Positions 55,177 to 64,000 of a stretch of DNA of 64,000 nt are shown one piece after another (the first letter of the stretch is position 1; each line of letters starts with the position of its first letter). The notes below the pieces were generated by a model, which was not told the DNA's origin, did not search any database, and was given only the letters and a program-made list of their open reading frames with translations. Where the stretch lies: contig WJMO01000006.1 of assembly GCA_014727915.1 (NCBI GenBank), positions 32,001 through 96,000 on the forward strand, written 5' to 3'. The DNA comes from Candidatus Altiarchaeales archaeon (lineage in GTDB: Archaea > Altiarchaeota > Altiarchaeia > IMC4 > SCGC-AAA252-I15). A program made the position numbers and the translations under genes.

Positions 55177-56550
55177 TCACATCCAGGCCTTTATGAGGTC
55201 CATGGTTGCCCGGGGGTTCTGGGCTAGGAGTTCGTATCTTCTGCCCTGTTTTTTACTTCGGAATCTTGTTTCCATCTGGCCCATCTCGGAGAGCATCCGC
55301 CCCACCAGCGCTTCGTCATCATCGCATCCGGGGATTTGGCCGGGGTATAATACGGCAGCCGTCACCATATCACCCCGGTAGTTCAGGGCTTCGGTTATTT
55401 TCTGTTCTATGATTTCCATCCTAGCTTCTCCCTGTGACTCCGCTGTAGGGACAAAACTGGGGTCTGCACCTGATAGAAAGCCGGAGATCGCCCAGAAAAG
55501 TCTAATGTCCTCGTCTGTGGGGGTCAGGTCCGTCGACTTCTTCGATTCCTCTTGGATTTTTGGGATTTGATCTCGATCAACACGGGATGAGAACTGGCAT
55601 CTCACATGGAGGAAGTCCCTGATCATATCGGGATGTAGGCCATGGCGGACCATCGTCTCCTGGGTTTGTATCCACGCGTTCTTACCCCACATCAGGAGAT
55701 AGTCTGGTTCGGCCCGGAGCTGGGAAACAAAGAACCTAAAACTTGGAGGGTCATATCCCCGCATCCTTTGAACTTGAAGATATTCATCGAGCAATTCAGG
55801 GACTTTCTTCCGGTCCTCATCGGATATGGGAAACCTGTTGTGCCCATATTGTCCGTCTATCAGAAGGCCTAAGGCGTTTATGCCACCCCTGAAACATTCA
55901 GGGTCTGCCTCCATACGCTCGTTATATCCCATTATAGGTGGTCGAAATACGTCGATTGCGTGGACCATATGGTCTGGCATATCCTGCAACACATTATCCT
56001 TGGGTATTATGCTTTTCAGGTATCTACCAGCGGGAGCCTGAAATCTTTCGAGTAGCCTGTGCGTGAAAGGAGGGCTCACAATAGAATCTCCATGGCATTC
56101 TATGAGATCAAGATCCATTTCAAAAGAGTAAAGAGCATCACCAGCGTGTCTTAGGTCCAGATCATGGAAATACGAGTCAATCTCCTCCTGGGTCCTGGCA
56201 TCGTAAAAGAGGAGATCCTCACAGTCGCCCCCACGGTTCTGGATCTTATGTCTTGCCAGCTGATCCAGCTGGGCCAGCTCCTGGCCGCCGAGTGGGGTTT
56301 GAACGAACTCGAAAGCGACCTTTCTCGTGCCATCACCTATCTGCATCAGACCCATCGGCGAACCGCCGTCGGAGACGGAGGAACGGGCGGCATCCAATTC
56401 CAATGGTTCGAGAACCCCGGTGACCTTCAAGTGCTGACCCCAGTCATTTACGTAAACCCCCTTTTCAGGGTCGTACCTGTAATGCGTTACACTTGTGCCC
56501 CGTCTATCGCGGCTGACGTACATGACAGGCTCATGGGACTTGGAAGGCAT
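55177..56550 (-). CDS. Hypothetical protein (visibly more AT-rich than neighbours)
   Basis: 457-aa ATG ORF; no recognisable motif. Confidence 0.55.
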   Translation of the reverse strand: MPSKSHEPVMYVSRDRRGTSVTHYRYDPEKGVYVNDWGQHLKVTGVLEPLELDAARSSVSDGGSPMGLMQIGDGTRKVAFEFVQTPLGGQELAQLDQLARHKIQNRGGDCEDLLFYDARTQEEIDSYFHDLDLRHAGDALYSFEMDLDLIECHGDSIVSPPFTHRLLERFQAPAGRYLKSIIPKDNVLQDMPDHMVHAIDVFRPPIMGYNERMEADPECFRGGINALGLLIDGQYGHNRFPISDEDRKKVPELLDEYLQVQRMRGYDPPSFRFFVSQLRAEPDYLLMWGKNAWIQTQETMVRHGLHPDMIRDFLHVRCQFSSRVDRDQIPKIQEESKKSTDLTPTDEDIRLFWAISGFLSGADPSFVPTAESQGEARMEIIEQKITEALNYRGDMVTAAVLYPGQIPGCDDDEALVGRMLSEMGQMETRFRSKKQGRRYELLAQNPRATMDLIKAWM

Positions 56551-56584
56551 TATGATAATACTCCGAAGGGCTAGAATAAAAGGT

Positions 56585-57040
56585 TCAGGCGAATTTGCTG
56601 TCGTCGCAGGTGTAGGAGCCGATTGGCTTGCCGGCGGTGGATACTAGTCCGTAGTAGGCTGCGGATTGGGTCCAGCAGCTGCTTATCTGCACCCGAACCT
56701 TCCCTATGCACGCATAACGTAGGGGGTTCCATTTCCCGTATTCCTCGCATTTGCTCATGAGGCGGTCGAGCTCGGCGTCGCAGCTCTCGTCCATCAGGCG
56801 CTTGAACTCCCGGTCGCAGTATGCTTGGGTGTTGAAGGTCTTCTGGCATTCGGCGTAGCATTTGTCGTGATAGTAGCAGGCGTAGTTGAAGCTCGCATCC
56901 GACAATAGGTTCTTGTTGGGTCCGCTCAATTTCCCCTCCGGACCGCAGTAGTTCTTCTTCTCATCATAGGGTGGGAACTCAACCTCCTCCAAGCAGCCTG
57001 ACAGCAGGACAGCCAATGCGATGAATAGCCTCAACCTCAT
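56585..57040 (-). CDS. Lipoprotein with phospholipase A2-like domain
   Basis: Signal ending LSGCL; 'NYCGP', 'FNYACYYHDKCY' and 'CDREF' match the PLA2 C-x2-H-D-x-C-Y core. Confidence 0.65.
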   Translation of the reverse strand: MRLRLFIALAVLLSGCLEEVEFPPYDEKKNYCGPEGKLSGPNKNLLSDASFNYACYYHDKCYAECQKTFNTQAYCDREFKRLMDESCDAELDRLMSKCEEYGKWNPLRYACIGKVRVQISSCWTQSAAYYGLVSTAGKPIGSYTCDDSKFA

Positions 57041-57079
57041 GTTCCAAGATAATAGCACAGATTAGAAGAAAAATGAGGA

Positions 57080-57787
57080 TCACTTCGCGGGTTTTCTTAG
57101 CCTGGCGTTCACGTAGGTCCCATACCTTCCAAACAGTTTGCTGAACACTTCCTGTAGTGGGTTGGGGAGGAAGTAGAATCCGTACCCGTCCAACTGGTCG
57201 ACTTTGAACCCATACCTTTCAGAAAGGTCATGTATGGATGGTAGGTTGAATGCCTTCTGGTGGCCTGGCTCCAACACCTCCACGCCCTTCAGGAAGTTGC
57301 CGACCTGGACGTCTGTGAAGTGTATGATGGGCGGCTGCTGGCCGAGGAGTATGAAGGGTATGCTATGCAACGAGGAGAGGTTGGGCGTTGAGAGGACCAT
57401 CACCCCTCCCGGCTTAAGAACCCGACATGTTTCCCTGAAGAAGTTGGGGGTGTTCCACAGGTGCTCGATTATCTGATAGGCTGAAATTACGTCAACACTA
57501 TTGTCTTCCAAGGGCAGTTCAGTGTTAAGGTCGTGTTTGACCAGCTCATATTCGAGAGTGCAACCTTCATATTCTTCAGGCTCTGAGAGGTCCACTACCC
57601 TGACCTTCACGGCGCCGAGCTTCTCCGCCACGTCGGAGGTGAACCGGAGATCGCCGCAGCCAAGATCCATGAACACTGGATTTTCAGGGCAGTCATCGAA
57701 GAACGACAGTATCCTGCGCTGGTTAAGGTGGAAGACCCTGTTGCTCTCACGCCAGAACATTCCACCACCCCATTTCCTAGCAACCAT
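57080..57787 (-). CDS. Class I SAM-dependent methyltransferase
   Basis: 'MDLGCG', 'QIIEHL' and 'RVLKPGGVMVLSTPN'. Confidence 0.88.
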   Translation of the reverse strand: MVARKWGGGMFWRESNRVFHLNQRRILSFFDDCPENPVFMDLGCGDLRFTSDVAEKLGAVKVRVVDLSEPEEYEGCTLEYELVKHDLNTELPLEDNSVDVISAYQIIEHLWNTPNFFRETCRVLKPGGVMVLSTPNLSSLHSIPFILLGQQPPIIHFTDVQVGNFLKGVEVLEPGHQKAFNLPSIHDLSERYGFKVDQLDGYGFYFLPNPLQEVFSKLFGRYGTYVNARLRKPAK

Positions 57788-57835
57788 AGGTTAATAGAAT
57801 GATATTAAAGAAAGAAAAGGAGGGAGATTGGATGT

Positions 57836-58294
57836 CTATTTGACTGCCATCCATATCTCGCAGATCGACTCGTCGCTGTCTTCTTTGAAGCGATCGTCGT
57901 ACATTTCAATGCATGGTTTGCTGTAGTCCAGCTCAAGGCCTTCGGCAGGCATCCACTCCTTCATTATCTTATCGTAGGTGTCCTTCAACCCTTCCATCCT
58001 CCCTTCATGGGTGAACTTGGCGACCTTCATGGCTGGAATCGCCTCACCTACCATACCATCAGGCACGTCCTCTACTTGACTGACTTCAAAGCATGCCATC
58101 GCATAACACGATTGGTCGTCGATGGTCGTGTGCACTCCATATGCTGGTCCGTCGACCTTGTTCTTTATGGAGTGCTCGTTCATCATCAGCTTCTTCCACA
58201 ACGGGGGAATGTCCTCCATCGTCGTAGCATAGTTGCACCTGCCCTTAACGCCAACAACCGTCATCTCCCCAATATCTTCAACCACTGGTTTCAT
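57836..58294 (-). CDS. GyrI-like small-molecule binding protein
   Basis: 'VVGVKG', 'IPPLW', 'VPDGM', 'AKFTHEG', 'EWMP', 'IEMYDDRF' and 'EIWMAVK'. Confidence 0.85.
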   Translation of the reverse strand: MKPVVEDIGEMTVVGVKGRCNYATTMEDIPPLWKKLMMNEHSIKNKVDGPAYGVHTTIDDQSCYAMACFEVSQVEDVPDGMVGEAIPAMKVAKFTHEGRMEGLKDTYDKIMKEWMPAEGLELDYSKPCIEMYDDRFKEDSDESICEIWMAVK

Positions 58295-58421
58295 TGCAGG
58301 AATGACATGGAATTCATCAGTATTTAAAGGTCCGGAGTGACCAGTAGAAAAATGCGGCTTAACCATCCCAAGTGTATGCCGGGCAGAACAATATCCTAGG
58401 ATATTCTGCGAAAAGAGATGA

Positions 58422-58766
58422 TCAATCCAGTTTCCCGTAGGCTCCCTTCCACTCGCCTGACTTTTTGAAGAAGCTTCCGTATCCGTTCTCGCGTATGTAC
58501 TCTATCGCCTCCCGGTACTTCCCGTACTTGTAACCGGATTTCCCATGGAAGCCCTTTATCTTTTCACACTTCAGGTAGTCGTTGCAGTCCGCGCAGGTCT
58601 CGAGCTTTCTCTCCCCATAGCAGCAGACCTTCATGGTGCATTTGGATTTTCTGATGTCCCGTTCGCCGGTTGCATAGCCTGTCTTGCATCCTTTGCATTT
58701 CCCTCCAATGTATTCCCGGCAGGTCCGGCAGTAGGCCCCACAACAACCTAGCTCGATCTTTGTCAT
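58422..58766 (-). CDS. DUF3795-like Cys-rich Fe-S/Zn-binding protein
   Basis: 'GCCGAYCRTC...CKGCK...KCTMKVCC...TCADCNDYLKC'; start MTKIEL at 58766. Confidence 0.75.
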   Translation of the reverse strand: MTKIELGCCGAYCRTCREYIGGKCKGCKTGYATGERDIRKSKCTMKVCCYGERKLETCADCNDYLKCEKIKGFHGKSGYKYGKYREAIEYIRENGYGSFFKKSGEWKGAYGKLD

Positions 58767-58768
58767 CT

Positions 58769-59458
58769 CTAAACGCAGAGCCCGAAGAACCTTTTCCGGT
58801 GGCAGTTGCCGCTGCAACATTCGCTTGAGCTCTTGCACTGCTCGCCGAGGGGTATGCAGCACTCGCCGTTCACGCACATCTCACCAACGCCGCAGACGTG
58901 CTCGTGGCGCAGGACTATCTCTCCGTTGCAGCTGTATTCGATGAGAGAGGTGTTAGTGCGGCAGTAGTCGCTGACTGACAGGTTATAGTGGGGCGGGATC
59001 CGGTTCTTGCCGATGGTCACGCCGGGGTCGTCGTAGTTCTCGCCGCCATCGCTGTCCCAGCAGACCGGCAAAGTCGTGGAAGTCGGAGCCACATAGACTG
59101 TGGTCGTGGTAGTTGAGGAGGTCACGGTAGTCGAAGAAGTGGTGGTGGACGTGGTCGACGTCGAGGACGTGGATGTCGTGGTGGTGGGTTCCGCGATCGT
59201 GTAGGGAACGGCATCATCTTCCAGCTCATCGCATACCTTGTTGCCGTTGCTGTCCAAGCAGCAGGAGCCCCCGTACTCGATGTAGGGCAGGTCGCACTCT
59301 ACCCTCTGGTATATGTCGGACTCGTAGTGGTCGCATATGTCATTGGCGTTGCCGTCCAAGCAGCATTCGCCGCCCACAATCCTCTTAGGCTCCCTGCAGG
59401 CCCCGAACGTGCACCCAGAGAACAACAGAACAAGAGCCGTTAGCAGGAGCAGTCTCAT
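58769..59458 (-). CDS. Cys-rich lipoprotein with two CCLDxNxN repeats and Thr/Ser stalk
   Basis: Signal ending FSGC; 'CCLDGNANDICD', 'PYIEYGGSCCLDSNGNKVCD', 'CWDSDGG' and a knottin-like end. Confidence 0.7.
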   Translation of the reverse strand: MRLLLLTALVLLFSGCTFGACREPKRIVGGECCLDGNANDICDHYESDIYQRVECDLPYIEYGGSCCLDSNGNKVCDELEDDAVPYTIAEPTTTTSTSSTSTTSTTTSSTTVTSSTTTTTVYVAPTSTTLPVCWDSDGGENYDDPGVTIGKNRIPPHYNLSVSDYCRTNTSLIEYSCNGEIVLRHEHVCGVGEMCVNGECCIPLGEQCKSSSECCSGNCHRKRFFGLCV

Positions 59459-59495
59459 GTGAAGAATTAAGAAAGAAAGGATATTAACCCCCCAT

Positions 59496-61448
59496 TTAAA
59501 AGAGGGGGGCGAAAACCAATGCCACTATGGACACCAGCTTTATCAGGATGTTCAGGCTGGGGCCGGCGGTGTCCTTGAACGGGTCTCCGACCGTGTCGCC
59601 CACGACCGCGGCCTTATGGGCGTCGCTGCCCTTACCCCCAAGGTTGCCGGACTCGATGTACTTCTTGGCGTTATCCCATGAGCCGCCGCTGTTGGCCATC
59701 GTGACAGCCAGCAGGAAGCCCGTCACAACGGTGCCTGCCAGCAGTCCGCCCAACGCCTCGGAGCCGAGAGCCAACCCGACCACCAGGGGGGTCAACACCG
59801 CGAGCACGCTGGGCTTTACCATAGCCTTCAAAGCGGCTGTTGTGCTTATGTCAACACAACGGTTGTAGTCAGCCTTGGCCTTGCCCTCCATCAGCCCTGG
59901 AATTTCCTTGAACTGGCGCCTTACCTCCTCGACCATCTGCTCCGCGGCCTTTCCAACAGCGTCCATGGCGTAGGAGCTGAAGAGGAACGGGAGAAGACCG
60001 CCTATGAACAATCCGACTGTCACCGTAGGCTTCATCACGTCGATGGATGATAGTTCGGCGGCTTGGGTGTAGGCGACGAACAACGCCAGCGCAGTCAACG
60101 CCGCGCTACCGATGGCGAAGCCCTTGCCTATCGCGGCTGTCGTGTTCCCGACCGCGTCCAGCTGCTCGCACCGCTCCCTCACCTGTCCGCCCATTGAGGC
60201 CATCTCCGCGATGCCGGCCGCGTTGTCCGCGACCGGGCCGTATGTGTCGGAAGCCAATGTGATCCCCAGTGTGGACAGCATGCCCACGGCCGCTATGGCG
60301 ATGCCGTATATGCCAGCGACCTGGTATGATATGATGATGGCGGCGCAGACGACGAGCACGGGTATGAGGGTGCTGAACATGCCGAGGCCAAGGCCTGCTA
60401 TCACGTTCGTCCCCGCCCCGGTCTCAGCGGCCTTGGAGACCTCCCTTGTGGGGCCGTACTCTGCTGAAGTGTAATACTCTGTTATCTTGCCTATGACCAC
60501 GCCTGACACCAGTCCGGCGAGTACTGCATAGTATATGTTGCTGTGCTCCGGGCCCAGCACGTAGATTACGACGAAGTACATCACGACAGCAGCCAGTATT
60601 GCGGCTATCCATATGCCACGGTCCAATGCCTTCTCGGGCTTGTCCCCTCCGACAAAGAAGCTGCCGACTATAGACATGACTATGCCTGTCGCAGCGACCG
60701 CCAATGGCAGCAGCACATGGCCGTTGCCTGTGGCCGTTATCGCAACGCCCAATGCCATGGTGGCGATGATGCTGTCAACGTATGATTCAAAGAGGTCGGC
60801 GCCCATTCCCGCGACGTCGCCGACGTTGTCGCCGACGTTGTCCGCTATCGTTGCGGGGTTGCGGGGGTCGTCCTCTGGTATGCCTGCCTCGACCTTCCCG
60901 ACGAGGTCCGCGCCCACATCAGCGCCCTTGGTGTATATGCCCCCGCCGACCCTGGCGAACAATGCGATGCTGGAGGCTCCGAAACCGAATCCGTAGATTA
61001 TCTCCGGGTCCCCGAAGTACAGGTACAATGCGCTAACGCCCAGCACGCCCAGTCCGACGACGCACAAGCCCATTATCAGTCCGCTGCTGAACGCGGTCTT
61101 CAAACCCTTCTGCAGCGTCTCACTGGATGCCTGGGCCGTCCGGACGTTGGCTGCGGTGGCGACACGCATGCCGATGTTGCCGGCCGCCGCCGAGAATATG
61201 GCCCCCACCACAAAGGTGACAGCCGTGTTCACGTTCAGGAACGCTGCCAGCACCGCGGCCACCACGACCACGAACAGTATGAGCGTCTTGTACTCCCTGT
61301 TCAAGAAGGCCATCGAACCCTGGTGTATGGCTTCAGCTATCTCTTTCATCCTCTCCGAGCCCTCGGGCTGGGAGAAGACATTCTTCATCTTAAGCCCGGC
61401 CAAGAGCAGGGCCAACAAACTCGCCGCAATAGCGTAGAATATTATCAT
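59496..61448 (-). CDS. hppA: K+-dependent membrane pyrophosphatase (probably Na+-translocating)
   Basis: '[19 protein letters not shown]', 'DNVGDNVGD' and '[10 protein letters not shown]'; 'GNTTAA' has Ala at the K+-dependence position. Confidence 0.95.
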   Translation of the reverse strand: MIIFYAIAASLLALLLAGLKMKNVFSQPEGSERMKEIAEAIHQGSMAFLNREYKTLILFVVVVAAVLAAFLNVNTAVTFVVGAIFSAAAGNIGMRVATAANVRTAQASSETLQKGLKTAFSSGLIMGLCVVGLGVLGVSALYLYFGDPEIIYGFGFGASSIALFARVGGGIYTKGADVGADLVGKVEAGIPEDDPRNPATIADNVGDNVGDVAGMGADLFESYVDSIIATMALGVAITATGNGHVLLPLAVAATGIVMSIVGSFFVGGDKPEKALDRGIWIAAILAAVVMYFVVIYVLGPEHSNIYYAVLAGLVSGVVIGKITEYYTSAEYGPTREVSKAAETGAGTNVIAGLGLGMFSTLIPVLVVCAAIIISYQVAGIYGIAIAAVGMLSTLGITLASDTYGPVADNAAGIAEMASMGGQVRERCEQLDAVGNTTAAIGKGFAIGSAALTALALFVAYTQAAELSSIDVMKPTVTVGLFIGGLLPFLFSSYAMDAVGKAAEQMVEEVRRQFKEIPGLMEGKAKADYNRCVDISTTAALKAMVKPSVLAVLTPLVVGLALGSEALGGLLAGTVVTGFLLAVTMANSGGSWDNAKKYIESGNLGGKGSDAHKAAVVGDTVGDPFKDTAGPSLNILIKLVSIVALVFAPLF

Positions 61449-61514
61449 CTTCAAAGCACCCAAAAAAAAGATTACGTAACTTTACTAGTACCTGTTAATA
61501 AATAAAGGCATCTT

Positions 61515-62054
61515 TCACACGCCACCAGAGGCTCTCTTCAAACGTATGTCCAGGTCTATCAGCTGGTTCTGGTATTCGGCCACTATCTTCTTGAAGTGGT
61601 CCTCTGTCAGGCCGCCGGCGTTGAACCGCTCCTCCGCCTTATGTATCAGCTCCTGTATGCGCTGCTTCTCCGACTCGATCCACTCCCTATCACCAGGCTG
61701 GGATTTGACTTTCTGCTGGGCTTTGGCGGCCGCCTCCTCTTCCTCGCGCCGTCGTATCACATGCTCGCGTTCAGCCAGTCGCTTCAGCTTCTCCGCCTTC
61801 ACACGCGCCTCCCTTTCGGCCAGTTCCTTCTCCCGTCTTTTGAGACGCTGCTGTTCCGTCTCTTTCTCAGGGGGTGAAGGTGATGTCTCCTTTTTCACCG
61901 GGCGTTCGATCGGGCGTTCCTCGTCAACACCTTCCGGGCCGCCCATGACAGGCCCCTCCCTGCGCGAATAGACCTCGCTCAAAACCACATACACCAGCAC
62001 CGAAAACGCGGTGCCGGCCATTATGACCAGCGCCCAGAGTAACTCATCCGCCAT
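61515..62054 (-). CDS. Single-TM coiled-coil hypothetical protein
   Basis: N-terminal TM, charged coiled coil, SHOCT-like end 'RFNAGGLTEDHFKKI'. Confidence 0.6.
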   Translation of the reverse strand: MADELLWALVIMAGTAFSVLVYVVLSEVYSRREGPVMGGPEGVDEERPIERPVKKETSPSPPEKETEQQRLKRREKELAEREARVKAEKLKRLAEREHVIRRREEEEAAAKAQQKVKSQPGDREWIESEKQRIQELIHKAEERFNAGGLTEDHFKKIVAEYQNQLIDLDIRLKRASGGV

Positions 62055-62126
62055 TTTTAACATTTCCCCTGCTCTCAGGCTATAATTCATTTATAACCAG
62101 CATAATATATCTTACACTAAAGGAAG

Positions 62127-63695
62127 ATGCGGTTGGCTGCTTTGTTCTTGGTGTTGGCTGCTTCAGTGGCCAGCGCACAGGGATGCGACATAGGGTTGGG
62201 AGACGAGAGCGTCGGCGTTCACGCGACGGTCGAGACATGCTCCAACATAGGCACCTTCTCGGTCGGCGGATTGTACATGGGCTCCTGGCAGAAGCTCACA
62301 TACCACTACCCAAAACCCTGGAGGGGAACCTACGCCACATTCAACATAGACGGAGACCACTACTGCACGTCAGACATAGCGGTCGACTGCAACCCCGCGG
62401 ACGACCACATAAACATATACCCCACGTTAGACGAGGATTCCATACTGGCGGAGTGGATGCTCCCCGGCGTGAAGGCAGAGCAGAGGATAAGCGTCCATGA
62501 GAACACGACAGTCATAAAATACTCGTTCACGAACGTCGACTCCGTCAACCACACTGTGGGCGTGAGACTTCACATGGACACATTGCTCGGGCAGAACGAC
62601 GGCGCCCCCATATACTTCCCCGGCGAAGGTCTCAAGACCTCTGAGGTGTCCTATGGAAAGGGTACGGGCTTCGAGTACTGGAAGGCCTACAACCAGCCAG
62701 ACCAGCCGACCATCGTCGTCACCGGAGTGATAGACCCCAAGGATGGCATGAGCTACCCTGACCGGATCATTGTCGCAGACTGGAAGAGCAGCAAATCCAC
62801 TGCATGGGAATACCAGCCGGCTTCAAAGCCGGTGACCGGCGACAGCGCAGTAATACTATACTATGACCTTGGAGTGGTAGAGGCTGGAGAGACCGCGGAG
62901 GCGATGTTCGGGTACGGAAGCGAGCCGCCGGTGCTCACGGAAGAGCAGGCTGAGGCAGGCGTCGGACTGGCTGAGATAACCTTGGGCAACATAATGGGAG
63001 AATACTGCCCTGGAGACATGGCCTCGTTCAAAGTGGACGTGATAAGCGTGGGGTCATCGAGGGAGGTGATTGTCGGGTTGGTAGTCGAATCAGACGGGAT
63101 AATATACTTCAACAACACCCGTAAGGCGAACCTGCCGGCAGACACAGTTAAGGTCATGGAATATACGTGGCCCATACCCGAGCTGAACAGCTCAAGATCA
63201 TTCGACGTCAAGGCGGTATTATACGGTGAGGAGGGCGTATCGGACGTTAAGACACGGGAGGACGCCATCACCGTGGACGTTGTCAAATGCGGTTACAACC
63301 CCGTCGTCGAAGTCGGTAAGGGAGTGGCCGCGGGGACCCTGCTGGTCGCCCTGATAGTAGGGTTGGGCATGCTCATAGCATTCCTAGCATACCTTTGGAT
63401 GAACAGGGGCTCCGTGGAAGTGCATAAGACGGTCGACGGGGAGAACGTGACAGTGACCGTGGTTAACAACACGATGAGGCCGATAGGCAATGTTGTGATA
63501 GAGGATGTGATATCGGGAGAGTCGGAGATAAAGGTCAAGACCCTGAATGTCCTGCGGAGCCAGAACAACCTCCGGTGGGAGGTCGGCAGGTTGAAGCCAA
63601 AGGAAAGCGCTAAGCTCGAGTACTGGGTGAAGGACGGGCGGGCCATAAACGATTCGACGGTCACATGGGACAAGGGCTCCAAGAGGCTGAGATAA
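62127..63695 (+). CDS. Secreted/membrane-anchored surface protein
   Basis: Signal peptide, beta-rich domain ('VGVRLHMDTLLGQNDGAP'), TM near residue 405, C-terminal Ig-like domain. Confidence 0.65.
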   Translation: MRLAALFLVLAASVASAQGCDIGLGDESVGVHATVETCSNIGTFSVGGLYMGSWQKLTYHYPKPWRGTYATFNIDGDHYCTSDIAVDCNPADDHINIYPTLDEDSILAEWMLPGVKAEQRISVHENTTVIKYSFTNVDSVNHTVGVRLHMDTLLGQNDGAPIYFPGEGLKTSEVSYGKGTGFEYWKAYNQPDQPTIVVTGVIDPKDGMSYPDRIIVADWKSSKSTAWEYQPASKPVTGDSAVILYYDLGVVEAGETAEAMFGYGSEPPVLTEEQAEAGVGLAEITLGNIMGEYCPGDMASFKVDVISVGSSREVIVGLVVESDGIIYFNNTRKANLPADTVKVMEYTWPIPELNSSRSFDVKAVLYGEEGVSDVKTREDAITVDVVKCGYNPVVEVGKGVAAGTLLVALIVGLGMLIAFLAYLWMNRGSVEVHKTVDGENVTVTVVNNTMRPIGNVVIEDVISGESEIKVKTLNVLRSQNNLRWEVGRLKPKESAKLEYWVKDGRAINDSTVTWDKGSKRLR

Positions 63696-63732
63696 TATTA
63701 ATAAGTCTGAATTTCGCATAGGTATCGGTAAA

Positions 63733-64000
63733 ATGAGTGACGTGGACGAACTAGTGGAGAGGGTTGCAAGCGAGAGCGGGAAGCCAGTGGAAGAGATAAG
63801 AGCTAAGATGTCGGAGCGTAAGGAGAAAACCCACGGTCTTCTCTCGGACTACGGGGCAGCCTACGCTGTCGCCAAAGAGTATGGGATCGACCTGAGCGAC
63901 GGGGAGACGAGCGTCACGCCATTGTCGAACCTGCAGCCCTCGAACTCCGTCAACATCGTAGGCAGGGCTAAGACCGTCTTCTCAGAGCGTGAGTTCACCC
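63733..64000 (+). CDS. RPA-like OB-fold ssDNA-binding protein, 5' part (runs off window)
   Basis: MSDVDELVERVASESGKPVEEIRAKM...GLLSDYGAAYAVAKEYGID then 'VNIVGRAKTVFSEREFT', typical of archaeal RPA N-termini. Confidence 0.75.
   Translation, partial: MSDVDELVERVASESGKPVEEIRAKMSERKEKTHGLLSDYGAAYAVAKEYGIDLSDGETSVTPLSNLQPSNSVNIVGRAKTVFSEREFT

Noticed and set aside
1-64000. Numerous long antisense/overlapping ORFs in the track, and tRNA/rRNA/IS elements
   Set aside because: Shadow ORFs are expected from GC-rich codon bias opposite real genes; no cloverleaf, rRNA or transposase signature was recognised in the short intergenic regions

Overview
Archaeal chromosomal window. It carries PolD DP1/DP2, aRF1, prefoldin alpha, Pop5, archaeal ThrRS, SepRS and the start of an RPA-like gene. 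SepRS, full pyrimidine genes and DPANN/CPR-style Cys-rich lipoproteins suggest Altiarchaeota or a related lineage (inference only). Most of the window is housekeeping: pyrD/K/F, serA-like, polB/polC, MTA salvage, ftsY-pfdA-rpiA-thrS, dtdA, sepS, pheT, prf1, hppA. Orphans and surface or glycosylation genes are interspersed. The standout is a ~14.6 kb minus-strand locus (31208-45862) resembling a minimal, apparently domesticated type IV secretion/pilus system. It has four VirB2/TrbC-like pilins, a VirB4 ATPase with an extra C-terminal PD-(D/E)xK-like domain, a PrgI/VirB3-like fusion, two VirB6/TrbL-like proteins (one 1665 aa with an HExxH motif), small Cys/Zn proteins and an RHH-like regulator with a perfect palindromic site. 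No relaxase, VirD4 or integrase is visible, and the last pilin runs straight into sepS. Other oddities: a duplicated G/C hairpin element, a half-length PheT, a lipoprotein PLA2-like enzyme and several unannotated small ORFs. No tRNA, rRNA, CRISPR array or IS element was recognised. All calls come from motif recognition by eye; no database searches were run.
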